Assembly: GCA_964016885.1 (NCBI GenBank) | Contig: OZ024742.1 | Coordinates: forward strand, 79,546,001-79,610,000 | Origin: Eledone cirrhosa | Lineage: Eukaryota | Reading direction: 5' to 3' | DNA: 64,000 nucleotides | Shown: positions 1-12,700 of the stretch, one piece after another | How the letters are laid out: every line of letters starts with the position of its first letter | Numbering within the stretch: position 1 is the stretch's first letter | Made by a program: the position numbers and the translations under genes | The notes under the pieces: model-generated | The model's input: only the letters and a program-made list of their open reading frames with translations | Told to the model about the DNA's origin: nothing | Databases searched by the model: none

Positions 1-149
1 GAAAAGGAAAATTGGTATCATTATGAGGCTCTGTATGTAATGTTGAGACTAATGAATATTTGACGGCCTCTCAAAAACAAGCCCACAACCCCCATATATA
101 CAAGAAACCACTAAAGGTGGCACATGATGAAGCAAAATGTATTAACTAA

Positions 150-700
150 CTTTAGATTATGAGGAGATGGAAAAAAAAGAGTATCTGCAACGATCTACTC
201 TTAAGAAGAAATAGTACTTTTACAAATATTAACAAGTTGAGAATTATAGACCCCAGAAATTACGAAATATCCAGCATTAGGAAATACCAAGAGAATGACG
301 AAGTGCCCATACTCTGGTATCTTCTAATACACACAAACAGGATAATGAAGCGGCATCGATAAAATATTGTTGACAAATATCACCAAGAAAAAAGTGGTTA
401 CATTACCATTAGTCCAAAAAGATAGTAAACGTACCTATCACATAAATGAATAGATTATCGAACAGAGCTAATTACTATAATAGACGCCAAGCGTTGATAA
501 AATAAAGAAAGAACACACAAATACAGAATCAACCCACCAGCAGTTAAACATTTGTATACAGAAAATAGCACTACTAATTCCAATATTATAAAAGAAACAA
601 TATCATAAGAAAAGTCACCACGTGGTCAAGGGCATTTGAGCGGCACTCAGTAATACAATGAAAGTACGCTATAAATTAAAACTATTGAATGATAATAGTA
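150..700 (+). mobile_element. Highly degraded 3' fragment of an RLE-type (R4/Dong-like) non-LTR retrotransposon
   Basis: Translation ENDEVPILWY..HTNRIMKRHR*NIVDK resembles the ILWD..QTD....NRPDIV motif leading into the RLE endonuclease (compare 36084-36644). Many stops; boundaries approximate. Confidence 0.45.
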
Positions 701-1375
701 AGTCCTTACATATGCATATGATTAGAATGTTTTTGTGGTGGAGTCAGTCGAATTGCCAAGTAGTTCACTGTTAATTTATTATATCAATCTCGGAAGGAGA
801 AACGACAAAGTAAAACTAAATGTTGACCTTGGAAGGAAAGACTATGGTTATATGAGTAAAGTAATGGTTTTCCTCTCTTATCGCCTACCATGGACAAATA
901 TCACAAGAAGACGCAAGCCTGGCCAAAATGTTTTGTGGAACACCAGCAATCAAAACCATGTTATCCAAGGAAAGGCAAAGGCTCATACAGCTTGACATTA
1001 GTGATATCCAGCAGCTAAAATAAAATCACAGAAAATAAACATTTCTTCTAAAGATGAATAAAAGATAACATTAGTTACTACAGGAACAACATTTACAAAA
1101 AAATCAACAGTATCTACAATAACAACAACAACCACAGCAACAGTACCAGCGATAAAAGTAATAACTAAAGCAATAACACCATAATAATTAAATACGACAA
1201 TACCACTAAAAACAGCAATACCATTGGACACTTTATAGTATCCGCTTATGGCAAATTTTCTTTTTATTTTCATTGTCATAATAATGATAAGGAAACAATA
1301 ATCAATAGATTCATATCAGACAATTTTATTTGCCTTTATTTCTTTCTCGTATATTATATATTAAAGTTTATTGAG

Positions 1376-1429
<54 letters not shown>

Positions 1430-1598
1430 ATAACATTAATGACATTGATAATAACGACTTCGTTGAATATCCATTTTTGTCTCATTGAATTTATTTTATT
1501 TTTTGTAGAAATAATTGTTTCTATTTTTCGTCGAAGGCTAGCAAGTTGAAGGGAAGGAGGAAATCGATTAGATTGACCCCAGTGCGTACCTGGTACGT

Positions 1599-1683
<85 letters not shown>

Positions 1684-1684
1684 C

Positions 1685-1716
<32 letters not shown>

Positions 1717-1825
1717 TCTTTTTTTAGGAACGATCGACTTTCGTCAAATCGAACCGAAGAAACAATGTTTCCATCGGTCTTTCCAGTTGCTAATACTATC
1801 TATCGGTCGCAACTCCAGGTAGAAG

Positions 1826-2046
<221 letters not shown>

Positions 2047-2174
2047 GTGAGGTTTTTTTTACAAAATGAAAAATAACCGAGGTGTCCTACACGAGTGAAA
2101 GTATAAAGAAAAAGAGATGAAATCGAAAATGCAACTGGAGTCTTATTTTTTTTTAAATATATATATTTATTTGG

Positions 2175-2214
2175 TTCCTTTACCGGTTTCGCAGTTCTTC
2201 TGCTTTTCAAAAAA
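2175..2214 (-). ncRNA. Minimal hammerhead-like motif in a PLE pseudo-LTR remnant (2041-2256)
   Basis: Minus strand: ttt-TTGAAAA-gcag aagaa ctgc-GAAAC CG GTA-aaggaa. The same family is on + at 24467-24640. Confidence 0.45.
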
Positions 2215-2431
2215 TAAGACTTCAGTTGCATTTTCGATTTCATCTCTTTTTCTTTATATATATATATATATATAATAATAATATATATGCAGTAAGAAAC
2301 ACAGTAAACCGTGTGTCTAATATTACAAGGGTTGAAAAACCACATTTGTTTGAAATATTTAACCAAGAAGCAGACAGAATGATAAAATAAAATTATATTA
2401 TATTACACAAACCGCCTCAATAACAATTACA

Positions 2432-2507
2432 TTTCTCGAACAGATTATGCCTATTCTGTTTCGCCCTGAGTGTGTTTGCAACAGCCATGGGCATCATCAG
2501 CGAGAGA
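2432..2507 (-). ncRNA. Type I hammerhead ribozyme (slightly decayed copy)
   Basis: Minus strand: tctctcg CTGATGA t gccc..gggc GAAA cagaata ggca taatctg TT cgagaaa; single mismatches in stems I and III. Confidence 0.75.
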
Positions 2508-2607
2508 ATCTGATTAGATGCGACAAACACTATGTACCAACGTTCACACAGAACGTTGGTACATAGTGTGAACGTTGGTACATAGTGTTTGTCGCATTTA
2601 ATCAGAT

Positions 2608-2683
2608 TCTCTCGCTGATGATGCCCATGGCTGTTGCAAACACACTCAGGGCGAAACAGATTAGGGATAATCTGTCCGAGAGA
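2608..2683 (+). ncRNA. Type I hammerhead ribozyme, intact, full stem III
   Basis: tctctcg / CTGATGA / t gccc-22 nt loop-gggc / GAAA / cagatta ggga taatctg / TC / cgagaga. Stems I and III are perfect; predicted cleavage after C2676. Confidence 0.92.
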
Positions 2684-2919
2684 TGCAATTGTTATTGAGG
2701 CGGTTTGTATAATATAATATAATTTTATTTTATCATTCTGTCTGCTTCTTGGTTAAATATTTCAAACAAATGTGGTTTTTCAACCCTTGTAATATTAGAC
2801 ACACGGTTTACTGTGTTTCTTACTGCATATATATTATTATTATACGGCTCAGTATTTTATACTTGGAGCTTAATAATTACAGGGTTTCAATTGGAGTCAT
2901 TAACTCTAATTTTCATTTA

Positions 2920-2994
<75 letters not shown>

Positions 2995-3195
2995 TTAGTT
3001 ATACTATTTATGGTTATGTAAATACAAAACCTTATGCAGTTATAAGTATTTTACACACACCCTAAATAGTGGTAGGCAGTAATGTATTATTACCTTATTA
3101 CCAGTAAGTTAAGTAGCTCAGTGTAAAAACATCAGATGATTTACAGAGCAGTTATATGAAATATAAGAATCAAAGAACTGTTCAAAACATTATTG

Positions 3196-3242
3196 TGCTT
3201 ACAGCTGTTTCCTCCAAACCGAGGTTTGGATTCTTCGGAGCA
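3196..3242 (-). ncRNA. Minimal hammerhead (CCGAAGA core) in the inverted pseudo-LTR
   Basis: Reverse complement of 7315-7361. Confidence 0.7.
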
Positions 3243-4223
3243 ATTTATTAATGCATGGACAGTTATATGACCTCCTTTTCAGCCGAGAGACATACCGATA
3301 CATATTCAAACATTGATACATATTCAAACATTGTGGGTCAACATTCATTACAGGATTTAGAGTGGCAGTACACACTTCGAGATTACATTTATATTAAGAG
3401 GTACGATCAAAAATCAAAAATGCAGGTTAAAATACATGAAGATAACCGGTTATATAGTGCAAATGTTATATGTGTGGCACGCATGTGCGTCTTGTTTATA
3501 TAGTGTGGCAGAGAGATATGTGTGGTAGAGGCACTTAGGTAGGTAAACAAGAGTGTTAGGTTGGTAGATCTGGTGGCAAATTCTTTATGTGATTGATATA
3601 GTCTGTGTGTGGAGAAATGTTATAAGCATTAAAAATAGTGCAAGCATTAAAAGTGTTAAAAGTATTGGAGATGCACAGCGAAGGGATGTCAAGTATTTCA
3701 TGTACTTCGGCATTTTCATGGTCAGGGGAGTGTATTTTTCGATTATATGCCCCTCACATAATCCACGACAATCCGATATTGAGCGTTTGACAATCCAGTT
3801 AGAGATCGTAGTCTGGTATTCTTTAGTTCAATACAGGAGGCTGTTACGTTTCGAGAAACGCCATTGAATACCACCCGGAAGTGTGTGTGTGGCTAAGGGG
3901 AGTTAATGCATGCGGGGAGGTAACTCCGGGGTTTCTATACCTAGCTATTAAAATGTGTCACAATATAGACCCTAATTTCTATGGGGATGCGCATCCTCCA
4001 AGAAAATTTTTAAAGCATAAAGTGTATTAACTATAGAGTAGTTTAATTAAGTTATGCTGAAGGTGATCATATTATTATGGTGGATTAACCCATCGTAAGG
4101 TGCCACAAATGGAAATTATAGATGATGAGCGAGGATTCAAAATTAATGATCTCTGTGGTGGTAGTCTACTAAATAAGGCACTTATCATGGCCATGTTGTA
4201 GTCTATTAAATAAGGCACTTATC

Positions 4224-5849
4224 ATGGCCATGAGCAATAGCGACCTGACTAGAGCCCAGGTTGATGTCATCCTTGCGGCCCGTAAAACCATAATCACCTT
4301 CGAGGACCAACTATCGACACGCAAGGATACGCACAACAACTTCGACATAACCATGGGATCTAGTGACTCGGCGCAGGTCACTGATTTGGTCGGCCTATAC
4401 CTTCTCAATGAAATCCATAAGGACCTCCCTTACCTCAACGGTGGTTTGTAACGCGATGATGCACTTCTACTTATAGAATATAAAAAATTTAATATAGAAA
4501 GAACTAGAAAACAATTGCATAAGACATTCAAAAACTTTAACCTTAGTATCACCATGAACAAAAACACTAAAAATGTTAACTTCCTAGACGCCACACTATA
4601 CCTAGACTCAAAAATATATACACCTTTCCATAAGCCTAACGAGAAACTTATTTACGTAGATACCAAGTCTAATCACCCTAGATCAATATTAAACTCTATC
4701 TCTAAGGGGGTGTCCAATAGAATCTCTATTCTGTCCTATGACGCAAACATATTTAGCAAAAACTCATAATATTACAATCAAGCATTAGCTAGCTCCGGCC
4801 ATAATATAGAAATTGAGTTCCTACCTAAGAAAACACATAGCTACAACATCATCTCGCACAACATGTCCATGAGGAAACCTAATAATAGGAATAGCAACCA
4901 CAAGTACACCAAAGCGGAGGGTGTCACCGGAAGTAACCATTACCATGGAAACTACTGTGGGGCCTTAGGAAGAAGCAACACACCAAACACTAAAAGCAAT
5001 AATAGAAGAAGAAATAATACATTTTTCAACCCTCCTTTCAACCTAAATGTCTCCACTAACATACCTAGGGCTTTCTTCTCACTACTAGATAAAAACTTCC
5101 CTCTAGGACACAAGTACCACAACCTCTTAAACAAAAACACCATTAAAATCTCATACTCTACGACGCCTAACTTAGCATACCACATAGCTAGCAGCAATAA
5201 TAGTAAAATTAGTTCTTACTTCCAACAAACAAAATCACAACGGGATGCAAACCCTCTAAATACCACTGTAGCAAGCAACCATAGCAACGCCAGTAACAAT
5301 AGAAATAACACTAGTATAAGTAATAACACCAGGGTTGTCAACCCAAACGCCCAAAATACTATAGCTACCACACAGACTTCCGCACTGCATTATAACCAGC
5401 GGACTAACGCACAGGATAATTGTAACTGTAGAGCTAATAGAACCTGCACTTTAGATAAAAAATGCCTAACCAAGGATATCATATACTCATGCACCGTCAC
5501 GACTAACAACTCTTCAGAAACCTATGTAGGCTCCACTTCTAACTGCTTCAAAATCAGATATAATTCGCACATCCACTCGTTCAAAAAGCACAGCCTAGCA
5601 AACTCCACCTCACTTTCTAGCTACATACACTATCTAAAAACTAAAAATAAACCATACACACTGAAATGGGAAGTGATAGGCAGCGCGACCTCGTACAAAC
5701 CACCTAATAAATTTTGTAACCTCTGTATACTAGAGACACACAATATTATCTTCTCCAACCGTAACCTACTTAACAAAAAATCTGAGGTGTTTGCAACTTG
5801 CCAGCACCGCTTCAGACATTCCTTCCAAAACTTTAAGCCCAATATATAG
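4224..5849 (+). pseudogene. Disrupted Naiad RT / GIY-YIG ORF
   Basis: ORFs 4224-4451, 4515-4769 and 4863-5849 lie in one frame and are separated by TAA stops. Confidence 0.85.
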
Positions 5850-7314
5850 CAATGTCGGACTGGAACCTAACACCACATCTAGCATCAAACACCAGAGACA
5901 CACCTTATGCTACATACCCAACACTAACTGATCTATTATAACACAAACAACGACATCCCTTCTGGAACCCTTCGCAGGGAGAATACCCATTTATACCTCT
6001 ACGTCAGGTGTGACAACATCCACCCACTTGAACGGCACTACACCGCTCTAAGGGTAATTTGAGTATGAATTGATCGGTTGGATAGTGTTGTGCAGAGGAA
6101 ACACCCTCCTTAGACAGATGAAAAATGATTTAATCTAGTAACGCTGTTGAGCAGTAGGACCAGGCTGCTGAGCGCAGTGAGTGAATGCATTGCAACTGCC
6201 GTGCGGGTTGTACATATATGGATGATCTGACGGTCAGAGAGGGGTCGCGAGGAGTGCGGATTGACCGCTGGCCGGCCTGGGGATGATTATCTTTCGACAT
6301 CCAATGTTGCAAGCGATGACACAGAACTTAACAGAGATCATTGGGTCCTGAAGCAATCCTGCAATCACCGCGCCTGGTCCTATGAGTAGACTACAACCAC
6401 AAAGATCATTAATTTGGAATCCTCGCTCATCATCTATAATTTCCATTTGTGGCACCTTACGATGGGTTAATCCACCATAATAATATGATCACCTTCAGCA
6501 TAACTTAATTAAACTACTCTATAGTTAATACACTTTATGCTTTAAACATTTTCTTGGAGGATGCGCATCCCCATAGAAATTAGGGTCTATATTGTGACAC
6601 ATTTTAATAGCTAGGTATAGAAACCCCGGAGTTACCTCCCCGCATGCATTAACTCCCCTTAGCCACACACACACTTCCGGGTGGTATTCAATGGCGTTTC
6701 TCGAAACGTAACAGCCTCCTGTATTGAACTAAAGAAACCAGACTACGATCTCTAACTGGATTGTCAAACGCTCAATATCGGATTGTCGTGGATTATGTGA
6801 GCGGCATATAATCGAAAAATACACTCCCCTGACCATGAAAATGCCGAAGTACATGAAATACTTGACATCCCTTCGCTGTGCATCTCCAATACTTTTAACA
6901 CTTTTAATGCTTGCACTATTTTTAATGCTTATAACATTTCTCCACACACAGACTATATCAATCACATAAAGAATTTGCCACCAGATCTACCAACCTAACA
7001 CTCTTGTTTACCTACCTAAGTGCCTCTACCACACATATCTCTCTGCCACACTATATAAACAAGACGCACATGCGTGCCACACATATAACATTTGCACTAT
7101 ATAACCGCTTATCTTCATGTTGTATTTTAACCTGCATTTTTGATTTTTGATTGTACCTCTTAATATAAATGTAATCTCGAAGTGTGTACTGCCACTCTAA
7201 ATCCTGTAATGAATGTTGACCCACAATGTTTGAATATGTATCAATGTTTGAATATGTATCGGTATGTCTCTCGGCTGAAAAGGAGGTCATATAACTGTCC
7301 ATGCATTAATAAAT

Positions 7315-7361
7315 TGCTCCGAAGAATCCAAACCTCGGTTTGGAGGAAACAGCTGTAAGCA
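7315..7361 (+). ncRNA. Minimal hammerhead (CCGAAGA core) with palindromic stem III
   Basis: tgct CCGAAGA a tccaaac ctcg gtttgga g GAAAC AGCT GTA agca, about 40 nt from the element 3' end. Confidence 0.72.
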
Positions 7362-7427
7362 CAATAATGTTTTGAACAGTTCTTTGATTCTTATATTTCA
7401 TATATTTATATTTCATATATATATATA

Positions 7428-7554
<127 letters not shown>

Positions 7555-8203
7555 TCATATTTACACATTTTTTCTCCCGCTGTGACCCGTCTATTTCGTT
7601 CTTACTTCTTCTTCTTTCTCTGTATCTTTACCCTCTCTAACAGTCACTCTCTCTGTTAGCCTCTTCCTCACCCTTCACTCACTCACTCTCTGTTACTACC
7701 TCTCCTCCTCCTCCTTCTTCCCGTTTGACCTGTGCGTAATTCTTTTCTTTCGCACGCTTGGCCAGGCCGGTCGGCATTTTTTCTCTCTCTCGTCTACGAT
7801 TTCACAGAACTTATGTTTACCTAATTCACAGACCAGACCCCTTCTTCCTCCCGTTAGACCTGTGCGAAATTCCTTCCTTGCTCACATTTCAACCAGGTTT
7901 GATGGTCTTTGTTCTCTCTCGTTCACGATTTCACCGAACTTATATTCATGGAAATTTTTGGACTTTACTCGCTCTTCCTCACTTTTCGTTGCTTCACCAT
8001 TTTTGTTTGTTTACACTCTCGCTGTTCCCTTTATTTACATGTCCCAACGACTTTCTTTAGCAGTTGCTCGCACCAACCGGAGGTATATGGTCTTTAAAGC
8101 GAAGAAATACCGATGATGGTTGGAAGATCACTGATGAAGGACCACTTTATTATATATATATATATATATATACATATCCATATACATATATATATTTATA
8201 TAT

Positions 8204-8334
<131 letters not shown>

Positions 8335-8415
8335 ATGTAGGAGGTGAGTTTTATTGTAGTACAATGTGGATTTAAAACTGCACTATTCAGAAGTGTGTTT
8401 TAACCTTCATATCCC

Positions 8416-8486
8416 TATTTTATCTGACGAAAACGCAAATGTTATTGCATGGTGATATTTGTTTTTGAAATGCGCATAATAAAATA
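8416..8486 (+). ncRNA. Minimal hammerhead in an orphan pseudo-LTR fragment (about 8335-8518)
   Basis: tattttat CTGACGA aaacgcaaatgtta..tgatatttgttttt GAAA T GCGC A TA ataaaata: 8-bp stem I and palindromic stem III. Confidence 0.8.
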
Positions 8487-8514
8487 CATGGAACTCTTTT
8501 AACCATCTTTTGAT

Positions 8515-8630
<116 letters not shown>

Positions 8631-8787
8631 TATATACATATACATATACATATATATATATATATATATATACATATATATATACATATATACACATATA
8701 TATATATACATATATATATATATACATACATATATACATATATATGTATATATATATACATATATATACATATATATACATATATAT

Positions 8788-8851
<64 letters not shown>

Positions 8852-8855
<4 letters not shown>

Positions 8856-10240
8856 ACCTCTCTATACAGGTTGAGGCCAATCTCTCGGTCGTTAATTACC
8901 TCGACGTTACCCTCAATTTATCGAATGGGTTGTACTACCCGTATAGAAAGCCGAATGATACGCTTAATTACATAAGTAAACATTCCAACCATCCTGCCAG
9001 CATAACCAAGAACCTGGTAAGAAACGTTTCGTTGAGGCTTTCCCGTCTATCTACTAACGAGCATATTTTCAACGACCATTCCACTTATTACAATGACGCT
9101 CTTGCTCGGAGTGGATTTGTCGATAAGGTAGCACATACAGAGTACGAAAATAGACCTAGAAGAAATAGATCCCGTCGCATTTGTTGGTATAACCCACCAT
9201 ATAATATGGAGGTGGCCACACCATTAGCTAAGATCTTTCTTTCCCTTATTACGAAGCATTGTCCCCTTACACATAAATATAGTAAAATGTTTAATAGAAA
9301 TACTATTAGAATGTCTTACTCTACGACTCCTAACCTTGCACATAACATCACAGCTTCAAATTTAGCTAAACTACCTAGCCGTAGGAACACGTGCAAACCT
9401 GTAGTTAGTACTAACTGTAATTGTAGGAATCGGGTTGATTGCCCCCTATCCGGGAAATGCCTCTCTAGTAACATTGTCTACAAATGTAAGGTTGAAACAC
9501 CCACGTCCCGTAGGGCCTACATAAGGGTTAACCGCCAATAGATTCAAGCAGCGTGTTTACATGCATACCCATTCTTTTCGTTACCCTCTAAGAAGGAATA
9601 TGACGTTACTTTCAGCTTATATCTGGAGTCTAAAAGGCAACCACACCCAATATAAGTTACACTGGGAGATCCTAGCTAGGGCTAGATCGTATAACGGAAA
9701 TAAAAGACCATGTGACTTCTGCGCCGCTGAGGCCCTGGAAATACTCTACGCCACAGACCACATCTTAAACAAAAAATCTGAGGCAATTTCGGCTTGTAAA
9801 CATAAATTGCACAAAACCTTCCTGTATTACAGCCCCACATTGTACCCTAACGGATAGTACGATCTATATGTGGATATTTTATGTCTTGATGTGGTAGCTA
9901 AGTATATGTTATGTTTATACCATTACTTATTTGCATAGGTAAGTATATATTACCTGTATGTTTTGTGAAGGTACCTATATTTTCTCGTACGTATATATGA
10001 TTGTATATGTTATGGCGTATATTTTTTTATATATTCTGGAACATATGGTTTGGTTATGTGTATACGGGAGTTTTGCGTCTATGTGAGTATGCAGGTTCGT
10101 ACATATGTAGGGTCTGTGTATATGTGTACTTCATGTTTTGGTTGACTTACGTCTCCGAACATTTGTGTATTTACATGTAGGTATGTGTGTGTGCTTGTTA
10201 AATACGTATTTATTTATTTATATACGTTTATTTAATTATT
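8852..10240 (+). mobile_element. 5'-truncated Naiad-type PLE (RT thumb plus GIY-YIG)
   Basis: [66 protein letters not shown]; frameshift near 9530. Starts at a (TA)n tract; 3' boundary approximate. Confidence 0.85.
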
Positions 10241-10253
10241 TATTTATTTGTAT

Positions 10254-10293
<40 letters not shown>

Positions 10294-10298
10294 ACACA

Positions 10299-10364
<66 letters not shown>

Positions 10365-10757
10365 TATTTATATGTGCGTGGTTTTGTATACCTATGGCAA
10401 GTGTTTTCGCGTATGCTTGTGTATGTACGTATTTGTATGCGTGTATGTATTTATTTAATTTCTATTACCTCAGTATTGTATTTTATTTACTTTATTCTTA
10501 ACACTAAAGCGGAGATTCATTCGGTATCCTACTTAGAATTTTAGTCTACGACTTCAGCTATACCATTTACGTGGTTTTGTCTTTGCGTGCAATTGTTCTC
10601 CACGCTCCACATATGACGTATTATCTTCGTTTTTCCGTTCATTGCCAGAGAACGTCCCTATGAACTACCCAGAGAACATTAGTCTACGACTTCTTTTATA
10701 CCATAAACGTGGTTCAGTCTTTGCGCGTAATTGTTTTTCACCGCTCCTATTAATAAT

Positions 10758-10940
10758 TGTTTCTACTTTAGGCACAAGGCCAGCAATTACCCAGTGCATT
10801 ACTGGTACTTTATTTTATCGACCCTGTAAGGATGAAAGGCAAAGTCAACCTCGGCGGGATTTGAACTCAGATCGTAAAGGGATGTAACTATGCTGGAAAG
10901 CATGGCGTCCGACCCTCTACCGATACTGCCAATCCACCGC
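10758..10940 (-). mobile_element. tRNA-derived CORE-type SINE
   Basis: Minus strand: A box tggcagtatcgg, B box gagttcaaatccc, CORE-like gcctttcatcctt..gggtcgataaaataaagtacc. Flanked by the direct repeat ctcctattaataat. Confidence 0.8.
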
Positions 10941-11149
10941 TCCTATTAATAATGTATTATATTCGTTTTTTCCCGTTGTTTGCCAGGTAACGTTTCCACG
11001 GACAAAAGTAACGTCTTCCTGTCTTCCTCCGCTTGCAACGTTTTTTGAAATATCCATTTCTGCGTTTACAAATTGACTTTGTTAGTTTCATGAGATCCCG
11101 TTAATGGCGAAAGCAGCGATTCTTCGTTTAAACTATAAACTTTAATCTG

Positions 11150-11224
<75 letters not shown>

Positions 11225-11245
11225 GTATAATAAACAATACAATAT

Positions 11246-11313
11246 AATTACCTCATTACCAGAGGTTTCCCAAATAAGACGAATACGAAAACCGTTCATC
11301 GGACAAAGCAATT
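11246..11313 (-). ncRNA. Hammerhead (CCGATGA core), stem II partly deleted
   Basis: aattgctttgt CCGATGA ... g GAAAC CTCTG GTA atgaggtaatt; an 11-bp stem I with G-U pairs. Confidence 0.5.
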
Positions 11314-12402
11314 CAAAACAGGAAAATGTTTGAAAAATCTCCTCAAGAAAGGCAAGAGTTTAACGGGCAAAAAAAATAAAAAGCAAGAGATATATAAAAA
11401 AATAAGGAAATATAGTTAGGGTATGTGTATAAATGTGTTTATATTCACTCACAAATGTACATATGTGTGTATGTACAAATGCTTGTGTATAGTGAAAATG
11501 TGTGTGTGCGTAAATGCGTATATGAGGGTAAGCATAATAGTGTATGTGTGACCAATACGTATATAATATAAGTTGAAAAATAATGTACATCTAGATTTAG
11601 GTATTAAATATATACACATACAAGTATGAAAGCACGCGTATAAACACACACGCGCGATCATTTATATGCGGAAGATAAAAAGGGAAGGCAGAGTATTAGT
11701 CAAAAAGAGTGTCATATTCGATACATATGAAAATGAAATAATATATGAGAAAGAAACAAATTTTGTTTAAATCAAAGAGAAAGTTAGAGGGAGGGGTTAT
11801 CAATTATAAATTAACACTAAAGACAAAGAAAACAAACATAGGTTCGCACGTACGCACACATACATATCAAAAAAAAAATATATATATGAATATGTACAGG
11901 CAAAAGCGCATGCATACGTACATACATACACACGAAGCACACATATGTATACATATATCGGCACACGTATATCTAAGCACACGTACGTACGCGACTATAT
12001 ATTTATACACATATGCATGCACACACGTACATGCATATACATATATATATATATATATATATACACGTACTTATACACATACGTTCACCCACACACACAC
12101 ACACGTATAAAATATAGATATAAAAACATACATGCTCACACATATAGACACGCACACGCACACACACAGAGGCGCATACACACTCACACGCATAGATACA
12201 AATTATAGACCAGCCATATGAAAAAAGGAATATAAATATAAAAGCGGCTGCGAAACAACAGGATATATCTGGAGTTGAAAACGGAAGTGACATGTGATAT
12301 CAGGTAGTGAAAGAAAATGGGAAAGTAAAGTGTGGCATTTGAAGATATTAGGTAAGTGAATCAAAAAGTAGGGAGGGGAGGGGGTTATTGTAGATGTGAA
12401 GT

Positions 12403-12700
12403 GAAAATAAAAATAAAAATAAAAATAAAAAATAAAAATAAAAATAAAAATAAAAATGAAAATAAAAATAAAAATAAAAATAAAAATTAATATAAAAATA
12501 AAAATAAAAATAAAAATAAAAATAAAAATGAAAATGAAAATGAAAATGAAAATGAAAATGAAAATGAAAATGAAAATGAAAATAAAAATAAAAATAAAAA
12601 TAAAAATAAAAATAAAAATAAAAATAAAAATAAAAATAAAAATAAAAATAAAAATAAAAATAAAAATAAAAATAAAAATGAAAATAAAGTTTAAAATGAA
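12403..12700. repeat. (TAAAAA)n/(TGAAAA)n hexamer microsatellite inside the Naiad 3' UTR
   Basis: Direct reading; it produces the spurious KIKI/KMKM ORF. Confidence 0.9.

Larger units (their letters stand above)
2270..2844. repeat. Long palindrome (arms about 2270-2548 and 2567-2844) of a PLE pseudo-LTR end, with an HHR on each arm
   Basis: The arms are near-identical reverse complements; the ORF track gives the same peptide MVKYFKQMWFFNPC on - and +. Flanked by (TA)n. Confidence 0.9.
3153..7404 (+). mobile_element. 5'-truncated Naiad-type Penelope-like element with inverted 5' pseudo-LTR
   Basis: RT remnants (FDITMGSSDSAQVTDLVGLYL, GGL*RDDAL, VNFLD), FFNPPF, CNCR..C..KC linker and GIY-YIG (IIY..TYVGST..FKIRY..H, CNLC) at 4224-5849. 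Segment 3153-4170 is the reverse complement of 6385-7404. Confidence 0.9.

Noticed and set aside
6310-6355. SECIS-like ATGA..AA..TGAA
   Set aside because: Helix II pairs poorly and the upstream ORF has no UGA at Cys positions.
8080-8150. ccgatga..ctgatgaagg hammerhead-like cores
   Set aside because: No downstream GAAA or cleavage triplet before the TA tract.
10543-10745. Short spaced direct repeats (CRISPR-like?)
   Set aside because: Only two diverged units of about 138 bp, no spacer pattern, eukaryotic context.
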